Of a stretch of DNA of 62,867 nucleotides, positions 25,287 through 34,969 are shown piece after piece (positions within the stretch are counted from its first letter, which is position 1; every line of letters begins with the position of its first letter). The stretch comes from a virus. Taxonomy: Duplodnaviria > Caudoviricetes. A program made the translations under genes and the position numbers. Under the pieces are notes generated by a model. That model saw nothing but the letters and a program-made list of their open reading frames with translations. It did no database searches and was not told where the DNA came from. The stretch spans positions 1 to 62,867 of the IMG/VR virus record IMGVR_UViG_3300042905_000668. One strand, 5' to 3'.

Positions 25287-26082
25287 AAGACAACACGGTA
25301 GCACGTACAAAGGGCACACCGTACCCTACGGTACTTTTGTGGGTGCAAGTGATGAATTAAAAAAAGTGTATTACACGCATGGTTATCTGCGCGATGAAGA
25401 TTTACCTGAGTTGCCATGCCTACCCACTGATGACAGAGAGTATGTTGACCCCGTAGAAGAGTTGCACAAGAAAGAGATGATTAGAGTTGTTGAGGAGGTG
25501 TTGGACACACTAACCCCAAGATCAAAGAAGGTGCTGTGTTTACGGTATGGGATTGGTTTGACACACGACTACACACTAGAAGAAGTTGGCACTAGGTTTG
25601 ATGTAACACGTGAGCGCATTCGGCAGATCGAAGCCAAGGCACTACGTCACATGAAGCACCCACAACGTTCGGATGTACTTAGGCAGTTGATCGGGTACTA
25701 CGTATCGACAGCAGAGAAGAAAGCGGAAGAAGAATCTGCTAGAACAAGATGGCAAAAGGAACGAGCAGAAGCCGAGGAGCAGAGAAAAGCACGAGCACAA
25801 GCAAAGATAGACCGTGACCATGCCATATTTAAGCAAAGGCGAGAAGTAGAAGAGAGAATGTACAAGGCTGATCGTGAGCTACGTAAGAAGTGGGATGAGC
25901 TAAAACCAATGGTCTCTGATGTTGAATGGGTAGAACATTTGAAGACAGCAAACCCTGATATGTATCAAGAGTTAAAGTATTTGGTTGGAGATATTTGGGG
26001 TACTAACGCAAAAATTGTTTGGGAAATGTACGCAGAAAAGGAGAAAAGATATGAACGAAGAAGACTATCAAGCGGTACGTAA
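25273..26082 (+). CDS. Protein carrying an RpoD-like sigma70 region 4 plus a coiled-coil tail
   Basis: VLDTLTPRSKKVLCLRYGI...TLEEVGTRFDVTRERIRQIEAKALRHMKHPQRS; no region 2 visible. Confidence 0.9.
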   Translation: METARRQHGSTYKGHTVPYGTFVGASDELKKVYYTHGYLRDEDLPELPCLPTDDREYVDPVEELHKKEMIRVVEEVLDTLTPRSKKVLCLRYGIGLTHDYTLEEVGTRFDVTRERIRQIEAKALRHMKHPQRSDVLRQLIGYYVSTAEKKAEEESARTRWQKERAEAEEQRKARAQAKIDRDHAIFKQRREVEERMYKADRELRKKWDELKPMVSDVEWVEHLKTANPDMYQELKYLVGDIWGTNAKIVWEMYAEKEKRYERRRLSSGT

Positions 26083-26227
26083 AGTGTTGCTTGACACACT
26101 GGAACAAATGAACAACACACGCAACGACGCTATAGAAGAAGTTGCCAAAGAGATTGAGAAGATGACTGTGTTTGGTAAAGACACGATTGACAGTTTTACT
26201 GTAGTTATTAGGGGGATGAAGCGATGA
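26051..26227 (+). CDS. Small hypothetical protein (RNDAIEEVAKE motif)
   Basis: GGAG RBS; start re-called at MNEEDY. Confidence 0.7.
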   Translation: MNEEDYQAVRKVLLDTLEQMNNTRNDAIEEVAKEIEKMTVFGKDTIDSFTVVIRGMKR

Positions 26228-26466
26228 TCAAATACGACCACTACGATGATGCAATCATTGGCCCTGCGCTTATATGGCGCGACCAACAACGTGTTGGTGT
26301 GTTGGTATATGACGCTGAAAAGATCAGGGAGATTCTGATGCGCGATGGTATGGATGCCGAGGAAGCCCGTGAGTTTATTGAGTTTAATATCGAAGGCGGT
26401 TACTTAGGTATTGATACCCCTGTACTGGTGTGGCCTCAAGATGAATGGGATGGTGAGTATGACTAA
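26224..26466 (+). CDS. Conserved small phage protein
   Basis: DDAIIG...VYD...GMDAEEAREFIEFNIEGGYLG..TP motif. Confidence 0.85.
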   Translation: MIKYDHYDDAIIGPALIWRDQQRVGVLVYDAEKIREILMRDGMDAEEAREFIEFNIEGGYLGIDTPVLVWPQDEWDGEYD

Positions 26467-26707
26467 AGATGAAGTAATAGCCCTTGCCGAGAAGTGCAAG
26501 CTGGCTGTGCTTATACACAGTCAATGGACGGCAGAGATTAAAGAGTTCACTGTTGTGGACTATGTTGTTGAGGGTGATCTTGGAAACCTGATGCAGTTTG
26601 CCGACCTAGTAGCCAATGCCGAGCGTGAGGCGATTCTTGCGGTCATTGGGGATAACCAATGCGAGTGCAGATGCTCAGAGGTTGTTAGAGATAGAGGTAA
26701 AGTATGA
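26459..26707 (+). CDS. Small hypothetical protein (FADLVANAEREA motif)
   Basis: Start re-called at MTKDEV; operon context. Confidence 0.7.
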   Translation: MTKDEVIALAEKCKLAVLIHSQWTAEIKEFTVVDYVVEGDLGNLMQFADLVANAEREAILAVIGDNQCECRCSEVVRDRGKV

Positions 26708-27387
26708 AAAAAGCACCCGCATGGAGTTACTCAAGCATCACGTTGTTTGATCAGTGCCCAAAGAAGTATTACCACATGCGTGTGGTGAAAGATATCAAAG
26801 AGCCTGAGAGTGAAGCGATGCTGTATGGCACTGCGGTACACACCGCCGCCGAAGAGTACGTGCGGGATGGCAAACCGATCCCCGAGCAATACAAGTACAT
26901 GGAACCCATGCTTGAGAAGCTGATGAAGATTGACGGTGAAAAGATTTGTGAGTTGAAGATGGGCATCAAGAAGGTGGACGGTAAGTTCGCACCTTGTGGC
27001 TTCTTTGACAAAGATGTTTGGTATAGAGGCATAGCCGATCTGCTGATCATCGACAGTAAAAAGAAAGAAGCCCGAGTCATTGACTACAAGACGGGCAAGA
27101 GCAGTCGCTACGCAGACCCAAAACAACTGGCACTGATGGCGGCATGTGTGTTTGTGCATTACCCTGAGATTGAGTTCGTTCGGGCAGGGTTATTGTTTGT
27201 AGTCTGCAAGGACTTTATACCCGTGGATTTTCCCATCCACAACAAGTTTGATATCTTTGCCAAGCTAGATGATGTACTTGTTTCACGTGAAACAGCGTAT
27301 GAAACTGGGGTGTTCAACCCGAAGAAAAACTTCACTTGCAAAGCATGGTGTCCTGTATCAGAATGTAGCCATAACGGAAGGAATTGA
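26704..27387 (+). CDS. PD-(D/E)XK exonuclease (Cas4/RecB-like, probable Fe-S)
   Basis: WSYSS...CP, GTAVH, GIADL, DYKTG, QL, C-x3-CP-x3-C. Confidence 0.9.
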   Translation: MKKAPAWSYSSITLFDQCPKKYYHMRVVKDIKEPESEAMLYGTAVHTAAEEYVRDGKPIPEQYKYMEPMLEKLMKIDGEKICELKMGIKKVDGKFAPCGFFDKDVWYRGIADLLIIDSKKKEARVIDYKTGKSSRYADPKQLALMAACVFVHYPEIEFVRAGLLFVVCKDFIPVDFPIHNKFDIFAKLDDVLVSRETAYETGVFNPKKNFTCKAWCPVSECSHNGRN

Positions 27388-27388
27388 C

Positions 27389-27709
27389 ATGCCCTATAAG
27401 AACCCCGCTGACCGTAACGTCAAGCGCGAATACGAATTAGAGAAGCAACGAGCCGGTGCACACGAAGCGCGAATGGAGCGACAACGTGCACGGCGTAAGC
27501 TAGACAAAGAAGGTAAAGATGCCAACGGTAACGGCAAGGCTGACATGCGTGAAGGCAAAGATGTTGCCCACACAAAAGCCCTGTCCAAGGGTGGCAGTAA
27601 CAAGAACGGTGTGCGTATTGAGAGCGCATCGGCCAACAGATCATTCAAGCGCGGGTCGAACCACAAGGTGGTGTCCGAGACAAGTGCAAGAGAGCGCAAG
27701 AAGAAATAG
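27389..27709 (+). CDS. Small HNH-like protein
   Basis: GKDVAHTKALSKGGSN...SANRS; start re-called at MPYKNP. Confidence 0.7.
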   Translation: MPYKNPADRNVKREYELEKQRAGAHEARMERQRARRKLDKEGKDANGNGKADMREGKDVAHTKALSKGGSNKNGVRIESASANRSFKRGSNHKVVSETSARERKKK

Positions 27710-27935
27710 TTTCGGAAGTAGTCTGCGAGGTAAGGTACGAGTGGTAGCAGACGGGGGTGGGTTTGAGATTGACCCTAGATAACCGTATCAGTCAACGATG
27801 TTTTAAACTTTCGACAGTGAGTTGACCGTCTTGGACACGCAGACGTAAAAGCGAAGTGGGATCGGGTGGAAGCCCCGAACTTATAAAAAGAACCTGACGC
27901 ACACCGTGTTCAGGACGTTAGTCATTGGAGATCAG

Positions 27936-28115
27936 ATGAGAAAAATTTCAGAGCGAGAGATGAGAGTGACGATTGGCATTATGCGTTCGATGGCAAATTG
28001 CAAGCCCATAAGCCCGTTTCACTTGCAAGCGTCAAAAGATATGGAGCGCATGCTAGAAGAATTATTAGAGTTGCGTAAGCAAACAAAGGAGAAGAAGAGT
28101 GCAGATCATAGATAA
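27936..28115 (+). CDS. Small hypothetical protein
   Basis: GGAG RBS before MRKISER. Confidence 0.6.
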   Translation: MRKISEREMRVTIGIMRSMANCKPISPFHLQASKDMERMLEELLELRKQTKEKKSADHR

Positions 28116-29649
28116 CCGTGCGTTACTGCTGAAGGTACGCAATCCCGACAGAATCACTACGGTGATTCCAAAGAGCAAAGTTGTGTCAGATGATGGGGAG
28201 ATAGCAGAAGTCTTGGTGAATTGGGATTTGGAGGAGTCGATTGTCTTGAAGAACCTCAAGATCAAAGATGTACCCTCGCCCATCAATGCTTCATACAACT
28301 GGCCCGGGCTGTATAAACCTTTCGCACACCAAAAAGTTACAGCGTCTTTCTTGACGATGCACCGGCGCTCGTTCTGTTTTAACGAACAGGGTACAGGCAA
28401 GACTGGCTCAGTGATTTGGGCATCGGACTACCTACTATCAAAACGCATCATCAAGCGGGTACTGGTGATCTGCCCACTGTCTATCATGGAGTCGGCATGG
28501 CGTAATGACTTGTTTAAGTTCGCTATGCACCGCAAGGTGGACACTGCCTACGGCAAGCCCGAGAAGCGCAAAGAGATCATCGCAGGGGATGCTGAGTACG
28601 TCATCATCAACTATGACGGGGTGGAGATTGTTGCCACTGACATCATCAAGGGCGGCTTTGACCTCATCGTGATTGACGAGGCTAACGCCTATAAAAATCC
28701 CTCTACAAAACGTTGGAAGGTGTTAAACAATCTGCTGAAGCCACACACATGGCTGTGGATGCTGACGGGTACACCCGCCTCACAGTCGCCACTGGATGCC
28801 TACGGGATTGCCAAGCTAGTAAACCCCGAGGGTATCCCACGCTTCTATGGTGGGTTCCGCGATCAGGTCATGCACAAGATCACGCAGTTCAAGTGGGTTC
28901 CCAAGTTAGAGTCAGAGCAAGTTGTTCATAAGGCACTACAACCCGCCATACGTTTTACCAAAGAGCAGTGCTTGGACTTACCTGAGATGACTTACGTAAC
29001 GCGAGACGTACCTCTTACTGCCCAACAAGAGAAGTACTACGAGCTACTACGCAAGCGTCTTATCGTACAAGCGGCTGGTGAGGAGATCACTACAGTCAAC
29101 GCCGCTGCGAATTTAAACAAACTCCTACAATTATCTGGTGGTGCGGTGTACTCAGATACAGGAGAAGTTATCCATTTCGATGCAAGCAACAGACTTGCAG
29201 TTTTACGTGAGGTGATCGAAGAGTCTAGCCATAAGGTGTTAGTGTTTGTGCCATACAGACACGCCATCGAGGTGGTTGCAGATGACCTACGTAAGCACGG
29301 GTACCCGACAGCCGTCATTCATGGCGGTGTGTCGGTGGGGAAACGATCAGAAATCTTTGAGCGTTTCCAAACAAAGGATGACCTACAAGTACTGGTCATC
29401 CAACCACAAGCGGCCTCGCACGGGGTAACTCTGCATGCCGCCAACACCATCGTCTACTGGAGTCCAGTAATGTCGGTCGAGACCTATCTCCAAGCCAATG
29501 CGCGTGTTCACCGAGCGGGGCAAAAGAATCCCTCAGTGGTGGTGCACTTGCAAGGCAGTGGGGTAGAACGCCGGATGTACAAGATGCTAGAGAACAAGGT
29601 AGACATTCACAATCGCATGATCGACTTATACGGGGAAATACTTAGATGA
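28099..29649 (+). CDS. SNF2-family (SF2) helicase
   Basis: EQGTGKT, DEAN, LTGTP, HGVTL, QANARVHRAGQ. Confidence 0.95.
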   Translation: MQIIDNRALLLKVRNPDRITTVIPKSKVVSDDGEIAEVLVNWDLEESIVLKNLKIKDVPSPINASYNWPGLYKPFAHQKVTASFLTMHRRSFCFNEQGTGKTGSVIWASDYLLSKRIIKRVLVICPLSIMESAWRNDLFKFAMHRKVDTAYGKPEKRKEIIAGDAEYVIINYDGVEIVATDIIKGGFDLIVIDEANAYKNPSTKRWKVLNNLLKPHTWLWMLTGTPASQSPLDAYGIAKLVNPEGIPRFYGGFRDQVMHKITQFKWVPKLESEQVVHKALQPAIRFTKEQCLDLPEMTYVTRDVPLTAQQEKYYELLRKRLIVQAAGEEITTVNAAANLNKLLQLSGGAVYSDTGEVIHFDASNRLAVLREVIEESSHKVLVFVPYRHAIEVVADDLRKHGYPTAVIHGGVSVGKRSEIFERFQTKDDLQVLVIQPQAASHGVTLHAANTIVYWSPVMSVETYLQANARVHRAGQKNPSVVVHLQGSGVERRMYKMLENKVDIHNRMIDLYGEILR

Positions 29650-29656
29650 AATATTC

Positions 29657-29683
29657 TTGACATTGTAAAGTTTATGTTATTAT
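29657..29683 (+). promoter_or_regulatory. Possible sigma70 promoter TTGACA...TGnTATTAT
   Basis: Consensus -35 and extended -10 but only 15-nt spacing. Confidence 0.45.
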
Positions 29684-29711
29684 CCATACACAAAACAAAA
29701 AGGAGAGAGCT

Positions 29712-30119
29712 ATGACCGAGACAATATCGGTTGATAAACTCGTCGCCGTCTACATCAAGATGCGCGACAAACGTGCCGAACTTTTACGTTCATACGAAGA
29801 AGCTGACAGCACGGTAAAGACACAGATGGAAGTTGTGGAGACCAAGCTATTGGACATCTGCAAGGAGATCGGTGTTGATCGTCTTGGTAGCACTCACGGT
29901 ACGGTAATGCGTACGGTGAAGACCCGCTATTGGACAAGTGACTGGGAATCAATGCACAAGTTCATCTTGGAAAAGAAGATGCCCGAACTGCTTGAACGCC
30001 GTATCAGTCAGACAACCATGAAACAACTGTTGGAAGAGAACCCCGAGCTTATGCCTATGGGTTTGAACACTGACAGCAAGTACAGCGTAACTATAAGGAG
30101 AACCACAAGTGGAACTTGA
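29712..30119 (+). CDS. Conserved replication-module protein
   Basis: LVAVYIKMRD coiled coil, THGTV, DWESM, LLERRI motifs; precedes SSB-like gene. Confidence 0.8.
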   Translation: MTETISVDKLVAVYIKMRDKRAELLRSYEEADSTVKTQMEVVETKLLDICKEIGVDRLGSTHGTVMRTVKTRYWTSDWESMHKFILEKKMPELLERRISQTTMKQLLEENPELMPMGLNTDSKYSVTIRRTTSGT

Positions 30120-30300
30120 ACAATCATTGACCGTGCCCGAAGTGGCAAAGATGTTGCGGATGTCACGTCAGACAATCTACAACATGGTCAAGGCGGGGGA
30201 CATCCCCCATTTTAGAGTAGGCAACAAAGTGCGTTTCAATCGCGCAGACCTTGATGCCTTAATGCAAACCAAACCTGTAACAACTGGAGAAACCAAATGA
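30109..30300 (+). CDS. Excisionase-like (HTH_17) DNA-binding protein
   Basis: LTVPEVAKMLRMSRQTIYNMVKAGDIPHFRVG..RF. Confidence 0.85.
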   Translation: MELEQSLTVPEVAKMLRMSRQTIYNMVKAGDIPHFRVGNKVRFNRADLDALMQTKPVTTGETK

Positions 30301-31187
30301 GCGAAATGACACTATTTTCTAAGGGCGGCAACACACTACCCGCCCACCTGAAGAACCTACAATTAGACGCAACCACAAAAGCCTTGATGGGTGGCAGTGG
30401 TAACGGCGGCGGTAAGCGTATCTCCATTCGCGGCAACGTGTTCCGCATGATGGTTGATGGCAAAGAAATTGCACAGAACGAAGACCGTGCAATGAACATT
30501 ATTATTGCGGCGGCTAACGCCAACGTATCGAGAACATTTTATGCAGGAACTTATCAAGAAGGCCAAGCCATGGCACCCACATGTTGGTCAAACGATGGTG
30601 TCACACCCGACATCAAGTCTGAGCAACCACAAGCAAGCAAGTGTGCTTCATGCCAACAAAACATCAAAGGCTCCGGCCAAGGTGATTCCCGCGCATGCCG
30701 ATTTAGTCAACGCCTTGCCGTCCTCTTGGAGAACGATATTCGTGGAGACATTTATCAACTGACTCTCCCCGCGCAATCAATCTTTGGTGCGGCTGAGAAT
30801 GGCAAGATGCCTTTGCAGTCATACGCAAAGTTTTTGGGCAGTCATGGTTTGCCAGTAACCGCAGTCGTTACCGAGATGCGTTTTGATACTGCAAGCGCAA
30901 CACCACGCCTGACGTTCAAGGCAGTGCGTCCTTTGAACGAAGAAGAATTGGCAATGACCCAAGACAAGGGTCAGTCTACCGAAGCCAAACTTGCTATCGC
31001 CGCAACTGCCGCGCAGATGGATGGTGCTACTAAAGCGGAATTCATACGTCCCGCCGCAGTCGAAGCTCCCAAAGCGGAACCCAAGGTAGAGGCTGAAGCT
31101 GTTGAAACAGCAGAGCCAACTAAACGCGCTAAGAAAGCCGCACCAAAAGATGTGGCTGACATCTTGGACGATTGGGCTGAAGAGTAA
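30297..31187 (+). CDS. Putative ssDNA-binding/annealing protein
   Basis: RISIRG, PTCWS, CASC...GSG...AC motifs; Ala/Glu-rich linker and acidic-aromatic tail DILDDWAEE. Confidence 0.6.
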   Translation: MSEMTLFSKGGNTLPAHLKNLQLDATTKALMGGSGNGGGKRISIRGNVFRMMVDGKEIAQNEDRAMNIIIAAANANVSRTFYAGTYQEGQAMAPTCWSNDGVTPDIKSEQPQASKCASCQQNIKGSGQGDSRACRFSQRLAVLLENDIRGDIYQLTLPAQSIFGAAENGKMPLQSYAKFLGSHGLPVTAVVTEMRFDTASATPRLTFKAVRPLNEEELAMTQDKGQSTEAKLAIAATAAQMDGATKAEFIRPAAVEAPKAEPKVEAEAVETAEPTKRAKKAAPKDVADILDDWAEE

Positions 31188-31195
31188 TTGGTTTC

Positions 31196-31251
31196 GGGGG
31201 GAACGCTGTGCAAAGGCTTTTTGAGCTTGCAGACGAGCAGTTAGTACCCCC
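31196..31251 (+). ncRNA. Candidate hairpin RNA with loop-E (GAA/AGUA) motif
   Basis: GGGGG-GAA...AGTA-CCCCC closing inner stems GCT/AGC and TGCAA/TTGCA. Confidence 0.45.
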
Positions 31252-31269
31252 ACCTCAAAGGAGAGCATC

Positions 31270-31632
31270 ATGGACATACTAGAACTTGCGGCAGAACACG
31301 AAGAGTTGTTTAGCAAAGAGTTTATGAAGTGGTTACCTGACAACTTGCATGTATGGGAAGCGTTTTGTGACCAAACATTTAAGATCAGAAAAACTGGTTT
31401 TAAACATTACTCTGCACGTACCATCGTGCACTACTTGCGACATCACTCTGCAATCACTGAAGCTAGTGGACAGTGGAAGATTAACAATAACTACAGTCCG
31501 TACCTTGCACGATTATTTGATAAGAGATTTCCAAACCTTGCGGGGCTTTGGGAATACCGAGAAACAAAACGTGCCAAGTTAGACCACACACCACTATTTA
31601 ACAACTATGAACAACAGAGGCTATTCCCGTAA
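31270..31632 (+). CDS. Hypothetical protein (HYSARTIVHYLR...INNNYSPYLAR family)
   Basis: AAAGGAGAG RBS; conserved-looking motif. Confidence 0.8.
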   Translation: MDILELAAEHEELFSKEFMKWLPDNLHVWEAFCDQTFKIRKTGFKHYSARTIVHYLRHHSAITEASGQWKINNNYSPYLARLFDKRFPNLAGLWEYRETKRAKLDHTPLFNNYEQQRLFP

Positions 31633-31855
31633 ATTTGTTGATGCGAACAATAAGGCAGACCCATTTCATGTGGGTGTGCAACTTGGACGTATTTGCATAC
31701 AACGTGACATTCCAGTACAGGATGTAGCCGAACACTTAGACGTATCACGTCAGGCCATTTACATGTGGTTCTTGGGGAAAGCACTGCCACACCCGAGCAA
31801 ACGCAAAGTATTATGGGAACTGCTTGACCGCCTAACGGCCAACGCCGTAACTTGA
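31607..31855 (+). CDS. Cro/C1-type HTH protein
   Basis: VQDVAEHLDVSRQAIYMWFLG..P. Confidence 0.8.
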   Translation: MNNRGYSRKFVDANNKADPFHVGVQLGRICIQRDIPVQDVAEHLDVSRQAIYMWFLGKALPHPSKRKVLWELLDRLTANAVT

Positions 31856-31918
31856 TCCCGCGCCCATGGTCTATCGCCAGTAGACCGGAAGGCTTATCTG
31901 TCTGTAAAAGAGAAAACA

Positions 31919-34762
31919 ATGACAACACGGAACCCCTTTCTCACATCTGTACTTGCCTCTGAAGGTTTGTACTGTGTGGTTGGATTGAAGAAGGGTGCGC
32001 CGAGGCAGACTTTTGTAGAAACGATTGATGAGATTGATGGAGTCGTAGATGGACTTATCTCGCAGGGTTTTGACGCATACTTTGGATGCGCTAAATATCT
32101 TTTGGAAGATGAAGGTCGCACAGCAAAGAACGCAAAATGGTTTAAGGCTTTTTGGCTTGACCTAGATTGCGGTGAAAACAAACCATACGACACGCAAGCA
32201 TCCGCATTGGATGCACTCAGAATATTTGTTAAAGCAACAGGGTTACCTCGACCCACTATCATTAACTCAGGACGTGGCATACACGTTTACTGGACGCTGA
32301 AGGAGACCATCGGTTACAACGATTGGAAACCAACAGCCGAAGCACTGAAGAAATTCTGTGCCTCATACAATCTGCTTGCTGACCCTGCGGTCACGGCAGA
32401 TGCCGCACGAATACTGCGTATACCCGAGACGTTGAACTTCAAGGACAACCCGCCAAAGCCTGTATCTGTAATGGTCGAGTCGCAGCCGGTAGAGTTCACA
32501 CGGTTCAAGACGTTGATAGGTGTAGAAGAGGAAGACGATGAACCGAAAGGTTTGTTTGGTTCTGACGCACCACCACGCCGCCCAATAGATGCAACGACCC
32601 GCGCATTGATGGGTAACAGTGTGTCCCGTTTTGGGACTATCATGCGCAAGAGTGTCGAGGGTGAGGGGTGCGCACAACTACTGCGTATCTATAAAGAGCA
32701 AGAGACCGTTGAGGAGCCGCTATGGAGAGCGGGTCTGTCTATCGCCATTAACTGCGAAGACGGTGAGAAAGCGATCCACAAGATCAGCAATCAGCACCCT
32801 GAGTACGACCCGCAAGAGACGTTCAACAAAGCACACGCATTATTGGAGAAGCCATACAAGTGCGCTACGTTCTCAAGCATTAACTCTGCACCCTGCAACG
32901 ACTGCCCACACAAGGGCAAGATTACTTCACCGATTCAGATTGGTTCACGCATTGCCGAAGCCAAGGCAGAAGACAACATCGTTGTCATGCGCAACGCCAT
33001 ACTGGAAGAGGAAGTCACGGTTGAAATACCTGACTACCCATACCCATACTTTCGTGGCAAGAACGGCGGTGTGTACAAGCGGGGTTGGGGTAAAGATGAG
33101 AAGGGTGAAGATGAAAAGGACGAGTTGATCTACGAGTACGACTTCTATGTCGTGAAGCGGTTGACTGATCCTGATACAGGAGAATCTTTGTGGATGCGCT
33201 TGCACATGCCCAAGGATGGAATCCGTGAATTCTCCGCGCCACTATCAAGCGTTTTATCTAAGGACAAGTTGCGGGAAGTCTTGGCATACCAAGGCGTCAC
33301 TGCATACAACAAGAGATTGGATTTACTTATGGGCTACATCACCAAGTGGGTGCAAGAACTTCAGCACCTGACAGAAGCAGAAAAGGCACGTCAACAATTT
33401 GGTTGGCATGAAGACGATACCAAGTTTGTTATTGGTAATCGTGAGGTCACGGCATCGGGCGTGAACTACAGCCCGTCATCTAATGCCACTGCGGAGATTG
33501 CAAGCTACTACACCAAGAAAGGTACAGTTGCCGAGTGGAAGAAAGTTGCCAACATCTACGCCGCCGCAGGGAATGAAGTACGTGCGTTCACACTTTTTGC
33601 AGGATTTGGTTCAGCGTTATTTAAGTTCACAAAACTTAATGGCTCCATCATTCACCTGACAAACAATGGCTCCGGTGTAGGTAAGACAACAATTCAGCTT
33701 GCGGTCAACAGCATTTGGGGTAGACCCCTTGAACCCTTGATGAACCAAGAGGATAAGTACTTGGCACGTATGCACCGTATCGCAGTGCTTGGCAATATAC
33801 CCCCTACCATTGATGAGTTGACCAACATGGGGGATGAGGAAGTCAGTGCGATGGCGTACGCTATTACGCACGGTCGGGGTCGCAACCGTATGCAGTCACA
33901 GTCTAATGCTGAACGTAGTAATTCACTGCGCTGGAATTCGATTGCGATTACATCAGGCAACAAGAGTTTGTACGATCAGTTGTATAACCTCAAAGACTTT
34001 CCGGAGGGCGAACTGATGCGGGTACTGGAGTTTGCAGTTGCCAAGAACGACACCCTGAGTAAGGCCGAGTCTGACTTGATGTTCAACCCCATGTACGAGA
34101 ACTACGGTGTAGCCGGAGAAATCTTTATACGTTATGTGATTGCCAACCTACCGGAAGTTCAACGTCTATTGAATGCGATTCAACGCAAGTTTGATAAGGC
34201 CGCAGGGTTTACACAACGTGAACGCTTTTGGTCTGCGACAGCGGCATGTGCTCTGACATCCGGCATCATTGCTAAGAAGTTAGGCTTGCATGATATTGAT
34301 GTATCCGCAGTCTACAAATGGGCAGTGGAAACTCTAAGCAGTATGCGCATTGAAGTCCGCGCTGACAGCATGACACCACTGAGCCGCATCGGTATGTTCT
34401 TGAACGAGAAGAACAACAACATGTTGATCGTGAAGAGCACGGTTGATAAGCGGTCGGGTTTGTTTGAATCACCAATACGGGAACCCCGTGGGGAGTTGAT
34501 GACCCGCTACGAGCCGGATACCAAACTGTTGTTTATCTCCACTAAGGCACTGCGTGAGTGGTGTAGCGAGAACCAAATATCCTATAAGATGGTGTGCGCT
34601 GATCTACAGAAGGCCAAGATCATCAAAGGTATTATTAAGAAGAGCATGTCTAAAGGTTCTGATATGACCACACCCTCGGTGTTTGCACTGATGATTGACT
34701 GCGCTGTTGCTACTGACCTTGATCCGGAAGTAGAAACTATTACCCATGACGATAACGGCTGA
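31919..34762 (+). CDS. Primase-helicase (AEP primase + PriCT + DUF927 helicase)
   Basis: FWLDLDCG, SGRGIHVYW, DAARILRIP; C..C..CPH; QFGW; Walker A GSGVGKTT, IDE, GRGRNR. Confidence 0.9.
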   Translation: MTTRNPFLTSVLASEGLYCVVGLKKGAPRQTFVETIDEIDGVVDGLISQGFDAYFGCAKYLLEDEGRTAKNAKWFKAFWLDLDCGENKPYDTQASALDALRIFVKATGLPRPTIINSGRGIHVYWTLKETIGYNDWKPTAEALKKFCASYNLLADPAVTADAARILRIPETLNFKDNPPKPVSVMVESQPVEFTRFKTLIGVEEEDDEPKGLFGSDAPPRRPIDATTRALMGNSVSRFGTIMRKSVEGEGCAQLLRIYKEQETVEEPLWRAGLSIAINCEDGEKAIHKISNQHPEYDPQETFNKAHALLEKPYKCATFSSINSAPCNDCPHKGKITSPIQIGSRIAEAKAEDNIVVMRNAILEEEVTVEIPDYPYPYFRGKNGGVYKRGWGKDEKGEDEKDELIYEYDFYVVKRLTDPDTGESLWMRLHMPKDGIREFSAPLSSVLSKDKLREVLAYQGVTAYNKRLDLLMGYITKWVQELQHLTEAEKARQQFGWHEDDTKFVIGNREVTASGVNYSPSSNATAEIASYYTKKGTVAEWKKVANIYAAAGNEVRAFTLFAGFGSALFKFTKLNGSIIHLTNNGSGVGKTTIQLAVNSIWGRPLEPLMNQEDKYLARMHRIAVLGNIPPTIDELTNMGDEEVSAMAYAITHGRGRNRMQSQSNAERSNSLRWNSIAITSGNKSLYDQLYNLKDFPEGELMRVLEFAVAKNDTLSKAESDLMFNPMYENYGVAGEIFIRYVIANLPEVQRLLNAIQRKFDKAAGFTQRERFWSATAACALTSGIIAKKLGLHDIDVSAVYKWAVETLSSMRIEVRADSMTPLSRIGMFLNEKNNNMLIVKSTVDKRSGLFESPIREPRGELMTRYEPDTKLLFISTKALREWCSENQISYKMVCADLQKAKIIKGIIKKSMSKGSDMTTPSVFALMIDCAVATDLDPEVETITHDDNG

Positions 34763-34949
34763 TACTGTACCAGTTGCTATAGAATGGCATAAGTTTGTAG
34801 TGGGTAGCTCCTTCTACATCCCTTGCCTAGACCGGCAAGATGTTGCCACCCAAGTTGCCGCCTCTGCCAAAGAGCGCGGCATGAAAGTTAAATTCCGTTT
34901 TGTTTTGGAAAGAGGCACCCAAGGAGTGAGATTCTGGCGAATCACTTAA
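34746..34949 (+). CDS. Small conserved phage protein
   Basis: W.KF.VGSSFYIPC...GVRFWRI motif. Confidence 0.8.
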   Translation: MTITADTVPVAIEWHKFVVGSSFYIPCLDRQDVATQVAASAKERGMKVKFRFVLERGTQGVRFWRIT

Positions 34950-34969
34950 CAATGTGCTAGAGTTCGCCC

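Noticed and set aside
26704-27387. Cas4 as evidence of a CRISPR-Cas system
   Set aside because: Stand-alone Cas4-like exonucleases are common in phage replication modules; no cas1/cas2 or array.
27389-27709. LSKGG as another xxGG signal, or an active homing endonuclease
   Set aside because: The GG belongs to the HNH-like motif of an early/middle gene; no intron context.
30109-30300. Excisionase implying an integrating prophage
   Set aside because: No tyrosine or serine integrase and no host genes in the window; more likely a regulator.
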